Below, piece after piece: positions 60,037-64,000 of a stretch of DNA of 64,000 nucleotides (its first letter is position 1; the number at the start of each line of letters is the position of its first letter). The position numbers were made by a program, and so were the translations under genes. Under the pieces are notes generated by a model. That model was not told the DNA's origin. It searched no databases and saw only the letters and a program-made list of their open reading frames with translations. Source of the stretch: Candidatus Bathyarchaeota archaeon (GTDB lineage Archaea; Thermoproteota; Bathyarchaeia; Bathyarchaeales; Bathycorpusculaceae); the NCBI GenBank assembly GCA_963702095.1, contig OY969706.1, positions 1,440,001 to 1,504,000 on the forward strand, read 5' to 3'.

Positions 60037-60456
60037 TTATATGTTGTAGGTTTTTTCTTTTTCTTTGACTTCTTTGTAGATGGCAGATATCATTTGTTTG
60101 CCGCCGCATTTTCCGCAGGAAACGTCGAGGTCTTTGAAGACGTAGTCGCCGCGTTGGAATTCACGGATGGTTTTGTTGCTGCAGCCTTTGTTTTGGCAGT
60201 CTATGGTGGTCATGACTTTGGGGATATCGATTTTGACTTGTGCGTTTTGTCTTCTGGATTGGTAGAACAGGAACAGTGAAAGCGTCATTGCGATTGCGCC
60301 TATGCCTGCGAGTAGTCCTGCGGGCAATAGGTCGCCTGCGAGGTAGGTTTGAAACGCTATGAACAATGCTACCAGCGACAGCGCCAACACTATGAACACT
60401 ATTAGCGTTAGGTAGTTTTGGATTTTGTTGCTTTGGGAGGATCGAGTGTTTGCCAT
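60037..60456 (-). CDS. Membrane protein with a C-terminal zinc-binding domain
   Basis: Two TM segments, CQNKGC...REFQRGDYV...CGKCG. Confidence 0.75.
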   Translation of the reverse strand: MANTRSSQSNKIQNYLTLIVFIVLALSLVALFIAFQTYLAGDLLPAGLLAGIGAIAMTLSLFLFYQSRRQNAQVKIDIPKVMTTIDCQNKGCSNKTIREFQRGDYVFKDLDVSCGKCGGKQMISAIYKEVKEKEKTYNI

Positions 60457-60470
60457 GATGTTTCGCCTCA

Positions 60471-61580
60471 TTATTGTCCCACTCCGATAGAGTTGCCGAC
60501 GCCAACTATTAGCACGGTATCGCCTTCTTTGGTGCGTTCTTTAACTGCGTCTTTGATGCGTTCGATGGCTTTGTCTACTGCATCGTTGATTTCTTTACGC
60601 ATAGGTGAAACTGCGTCGCCGATGTCTTCTTTCACTATGACTGCGTAGAGTGGAATCTTGTATTTGGTGACTTTTTCTTCTATCTTGAATGCATCTACGC
60701 CTGGTCCGCCGATGGCTGAGCCGATTCCTTCCGCGACTTCGCCGACTCCTTCGCCCTCCAACTTCAAACCCGCGTCAATCATAATCATCAATCCGAATTT
60801 GCCCTGGTTTTCTTCGATGACGGTTTCTATGGCGTCGCCGGGTTTGCCGACGTTGCCGCCTGGACCTTCAGCTTTAAGCACGATTGCGTTGCGTCCCTCT
60901 AATGGAACGTTTGCGACTACGCAGTCTTTGTAGACTTTGCGGACTTCATAGCCATGCATCAGTTTCGATGCAATCAATGGTCCGACGCCGTCGCCTATAG
61001 GTTGGCCGTCTGCGAAGGCTTTGAGTGCTGAAGCGTATGCTTCTGCTTCCTTCATAACCATGGGCAGGATCATTTGGAGCTGCATGATTATGTAGAGGCT
61101 GAGTGTTTTTTTGCCTTGGATGTAGTAGTGGCGGACGACTTTGAAGATGAAGTTAAGTGCCATTGCTGCTTCAAGGGTGTTTTCCAAGTTGTTGATTTGG
61201 ACTTCGTCGGCAGCTACTTGTGGCGCCATAAGTCTGACTTCGTCTTTTAAGCGTTCGTCTCTTATGTCTAAGATGTGGTCAAGTTTGTTAACTATGCCTG
61301 AGGGATCCATGTTTTGGGGGCCGATGGTGAAGTAGTCTAGGTAGCGGTCGACACGTGCAGTGGGGTCGGTGGCTGGTTTACCGATTTCTTTGAGGGTTTC
61401 TATAGCGACTTTGCGTCCCTCTTCTTTTATGATCCGCAGTTTATGGAGGCTGTTTTCGACTTCTCGGATCATCACGTACATCTGTATGCGTTGACCGTAG
61501 AAGATTAGGACTATAAAGAACACGTATGTTAATAGACTGATAACTTGGGTAATTGAATCGCCGCCAGGCATTAAGCTCAC
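60471..61580 (-). CDS. DUF1512 family protein
   Basis: PIGDGVGP, KAEGPGGNVGKPG, IDAGLKLEGE, GVGNSIGVGQ. Confidence 0.85.
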   Translation of the reverse strand: MSLMPGGDSITQVISLLTYVFFIVLIFYGQRIQMYVMIREVENSLHKLRIIKEEGRKVAIETLKEIGKPATDPTARVDRYLDYFTIGPQNMDPSGIVNKLDHILDIRDERLKDEVRLMAPQVAADEVQINNLENTLEAAMALNFIFKVVRHYYIQGKKTLSLYIIMQLQMILPMVMKEAEAYASALKAFADGQPIGDGVGPLIASKLMHGYEVRKVYKDCVVANVPLEGRNAIVLKAEGPGGNVGKPGDAIETVIEENQGKFGLMIMIDAGLKLEGEGVGEVAEGIGSAIGGPGVDAFKIEEKVTKYKIPLYAVIVKEDIGDAVSPMRKEINDAVDKAIERIKDAVKERTKEGDTVLIVGVGNSIGVGQ

Positions 61581-61664
61581 TTGTAAACACCACTTCTCAA
61601 AAAAACTATTCTCGGTTGGTTATAAAGCTATGCCAAATCTCAGCATAAATAAGCCTGATAAAAT

Positions 61665-61786
61665 GGTTGCCAGCTTTCCCAGGTTCACGTGGCCTAAGAC
61701 CACACTACAGCTGGGAACGGAACACGGTTTAACTTCTGAGTTCGGAATGGGATCAGGTGGAACCCGTGTCCTATGACCGGCAAACC
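61665..61786 (-). rRNA. rrf: 5S rRNA (unlinked)
   Basis: GCCGGTCATAG...CACCTGATCCCATTCCGAACTCAGAAGTTAAACC...GCTGGCAA; terminal helix closes. Confidence 0.95.
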
Positions 61787-61942
61787 AAAACCTACATTTC
61801 CATCTATCCCTAATAAACCTTCAGTTTTCAGCTTGCCAATTTGTTGGAGAAGCCACTTTTCGGCGTGGTTTAAGGGCAACTTTAGGGGTTTAACACGTGG
61901 TTCTTAGCGTTTTTTTGCCAACTACGCACAGGAAAACCTTGG

Positions 61943-63550
61943 CTACCCCGTAAAGTTGAGGACAAATATTCGCCTCGGATTAGCACCGAAAGTTTCCTCA
62001 GCGGAGATGTGGGTGAAGTTACCCGAATCGTAGAGTTGCCTATAGATTTGTTGCAGGTTAAGCGTGGTGTTATAGTAAGGAACGGTGCCGCCGAATTCAT
62101 AGGTGAACACGAACTGCGTGTTGGTTACGTTGCAAAGGTGGATGAATTCTGTTATGTTAAACGTTGGCGTGTAGGTGTCAACGGGCAAGCGGGGATACTG
62201 GAAAACGGGGATGTTGTTGTCGCCGTCTTCCCAGAGGCAAAACCGTACCATATCACGGCTAAAAAAGTTGAAGGGACACAACACCATGATTGAGCAGTTA
62301 GCATCCAAGTGTGTGAACGCATAGTTTGTGGCACCGTCTATGTCGATGTTTATGTCGAAATATTTAACGACGGTGTAGGCGTCGTTTATGCTATACGCGA
62401 CTGCACCTGCCACCACAACGATCAGGATTACTGCACCCGCTTTAGCCAGCCGCTTCCGGGTTGCACTGTTTGGTTTATGCCATGCCACCCTTAACTTGGC
62501 GAAAACCGTCAAAATCAACAGGGAGGCGGCGATAGCTAAGGCAGGAAACAGCGGCAACACGTAACGCCACACTTTGTTGTCGATTAAGGTGAAAAAGACA
62601 AAGACGCTTACAAACCAGATGAGCACAAACTTATCTTCGCGGCTATGTCGCCAAACCAGAAAAACCAGCCCAGCCAAACCAGCGACAAACAAAAAAATTG
62701 AGATTGGATGTATATTGTTGTAGGGCCAAACCATCTCTATAAAATAGAATATGGGCAGGGGGAAGCGGTCGCTGTATACGGAGCGTTCAGGGTTGCCTAC
62801 TTGGAGAGCGTAGATCCATTGGCTCAAGAATTCGGACGCGTAAACCTCGTAGGCCACTATTATCCAGGGCGTAATTACAAGTAGGGCGGTTATGATGGTT
62901 AGGCTGAATTTTTTGAGGGCTTGCTTGAGTTGGTTCCTAACTAGAAAGATTAGGCTCAGCAGCATTACGACGCCGGCTATGATCATCTGGTACTTTGCCA
63001 AAAAACCTAACCCCACCGCTAACCCCGCAAACACCAGTAGCCTGTCCTGGCGGATTTTGAGCCACCGATAAAAGAAAAGCAGCGAAACCAAGAAAAAAAA
63101 CAGCAGCATCGTCTCCAGCAACGCCATTCGAGAGAGCCAGAAGAACCCAGGCATCACCCCAAACAATACCGCTGAGAGGAGAGCCACTTTTTCGCCGTAC
63201 ATTTGGTTGGCTAATTCGAAGACTGCCCAAAGCGAGAGGATAGAGAAAACTGCTGGAACCAATCTGGCGGAGAGGACGCTTATGCCAAACGCTTTGAAAG
63301 ACAGGAAGGTTACGGTGTCGAATAGCGGCGGGTAGAAGGCGTTGTTGAGGTATTTGGTATAGAGTCCCCAGTAGAGGAAGTTGCCGCTGTTTAGGTGTAT
63401 GACTTCATCCCACTGGATAGGGGAGTTAGTCAAATTCAACAGAAGAATAACGGCGTAACCTATGGCAAAGACAAGAAAGGCTAGGCGCCACTTGTTTAGA
63501 GCCACCCCTAATCTAGTTAAACCTGTTTTTGAACTTGATTGAGGAATCAT
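61943..63550 (-). CDS. GT-C fold glycosyltransferase (PMT/ArnT, family 39-like)
   Basis: WDEVIH, YPPLF, SARLVP, GLGFLAKY, RYVLPLFP. Confidence 0.85.
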   Translation of the reverse strand: MIPQSSSKTGLTRLGVALNKWRLAFLVFAIGYAVILLLNLTNSPIQWDEVIHLNSGNFLYWGLYTKYLNNAFYPPLFDTVTFLSFKAFGISVLSARLVPAVFSILSLWAVFELANQMYGEKVALLSAVLFGVMPGFFWLSRMALLETMLLFFFLVSLLFFYRWLKIRQDRLLVFAGLAVGLGFLAKYQMIIAGVVMLLSLIFLVRNQLKQALKKFSLTIITALLVITPWIIVAYEVYASEFLSQWIYALQVGNPERSVYSDRFPLPIFYFIEMVWPYNNIHPISIFLFVAGLAGLVFLVWRHSREDKFVLIWFVSVFVFFTLIDNKVWRYVLPLFPALAIAASLLILTVFAKLRVAWHKPNSATRKRLAKAGAVILIVVVAGAVAYSINDAYTVVKYFDINIDIDGATNYAFTHLDANCSIMVLCPFNFFSRDMVRFCLWEDGDNNIPVFQYPRLPVDTYTPTFNITEFIHLCNVTNTQFVFTYEFGGTVPYYNTTLNLQQIYRQLYDSGNFTHISAEETFGANPRRIFVLNFTG

Positions 63551-63693
63551 GTTCTAAGCAGTTTAGCCCCACCTTCTATTGAGGGGTAATCAATATAAGA
63601 CTTGACCAAATCCCGCCTAAACGATTCAAAAAAATGATTTTACAGTTTAGAAACGCTAAAATCCCATGAACCATTCACTCTTTCAAGATAACA

Positions 63694-64000
63694 ATGCCAT
63701 ATAACGAATTGAGAAAAGATTATTTGCTTAACCGCTGGGTTGTCATCGCCACTGAACGCAGCCGCAGACCCACCGATTTTGCCAAGCCAAAACAGGAAGC
63801 TAAGTCAGCGGTGTGCCCGATGTGCGTGGGCAACGAAAACATGACGCCACCCGCTGTGATGTTATACCTGAAAGAAAACGGCGAAGTAAAACGTTCAAAA
63901 GATCCCCCGGAGGGGGAGCGCCCCCGCAACTGGCTTGTACGCATCATTCCCAACCTTTACCCAGCGTTTACACCACCAAAACAGCCAGACGACGCCTTGC
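63694..64000 (+). CDS. galT: Galactose-1-phosphate uridylyltransferase (partial)
   Basis: Manual translation MPYNELRKDYLLNRWVVIATERSRRP...CPMCVGNENMTPP...RIIPNLYPA. Confidence 0.88.
   Translation, partial: MPYNELRKDYLLNRWVVIATERSRRPTDFAKPKQEAKSAVCPMCVGNENMTPPAVMLYLKENGEVKRSKDPPEGERPRNWLVRIIPNLYPAFTPPKQPDDAL

Noticed and set aside
995-63953. Numerous long antisense or alternate-frame ORFs in the track (e.g. 995-1558, 40301-40915, 43837-44469)
   Set aside because: They overlap well-supported genes, lack motifs and are expected from the skewed codon usage
1-64000. CRISPR array, cas genes, integrase, transposase or reverse transcriptase
   Set aside because: No regularly spaced direct repeats and no ORF with the relevant motifs seen

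Overview
Archaeal chromosomal segment; gene content (CdvB/Snf7, TiaS, RIO1-Dim2-aIF1A, TFS, archaeal AlaRS, type II Map, unlinked 5S rRNA, large PQQ-type beta-propeller surface proteins, many stand-alone AsnC domains) fits Bathyarchaeia (inference). Most of it is housekeeping and transport genes. There is one intact tRNA-Gly(GCC), plus a degenerate intron-containing tRNA-Gly and a tRNA 5' fragment that bracket an AT-rich 3 kb island. Three signals are not explained by the gene calls. (1) A dispersed, non-coding, palindrome-rich repeat occurs 4 times with a core of exactly 167 bp; two copies face each other around a wHTH/wHTH/MinD-ParA cassette. (2) An extreme mirror-image A/C versus G/T third-position bias flips between two co-oriented genes inside that cassette. 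(3) A ~250 nt multi-helix candidate ncRNA lies at 42.6-42.9 kb. Several zinc-binding microproteins missed by the ORF track and several 1-bp frameshifts were also found. All alignments, counts and helices were done by eye; no database searches were run.
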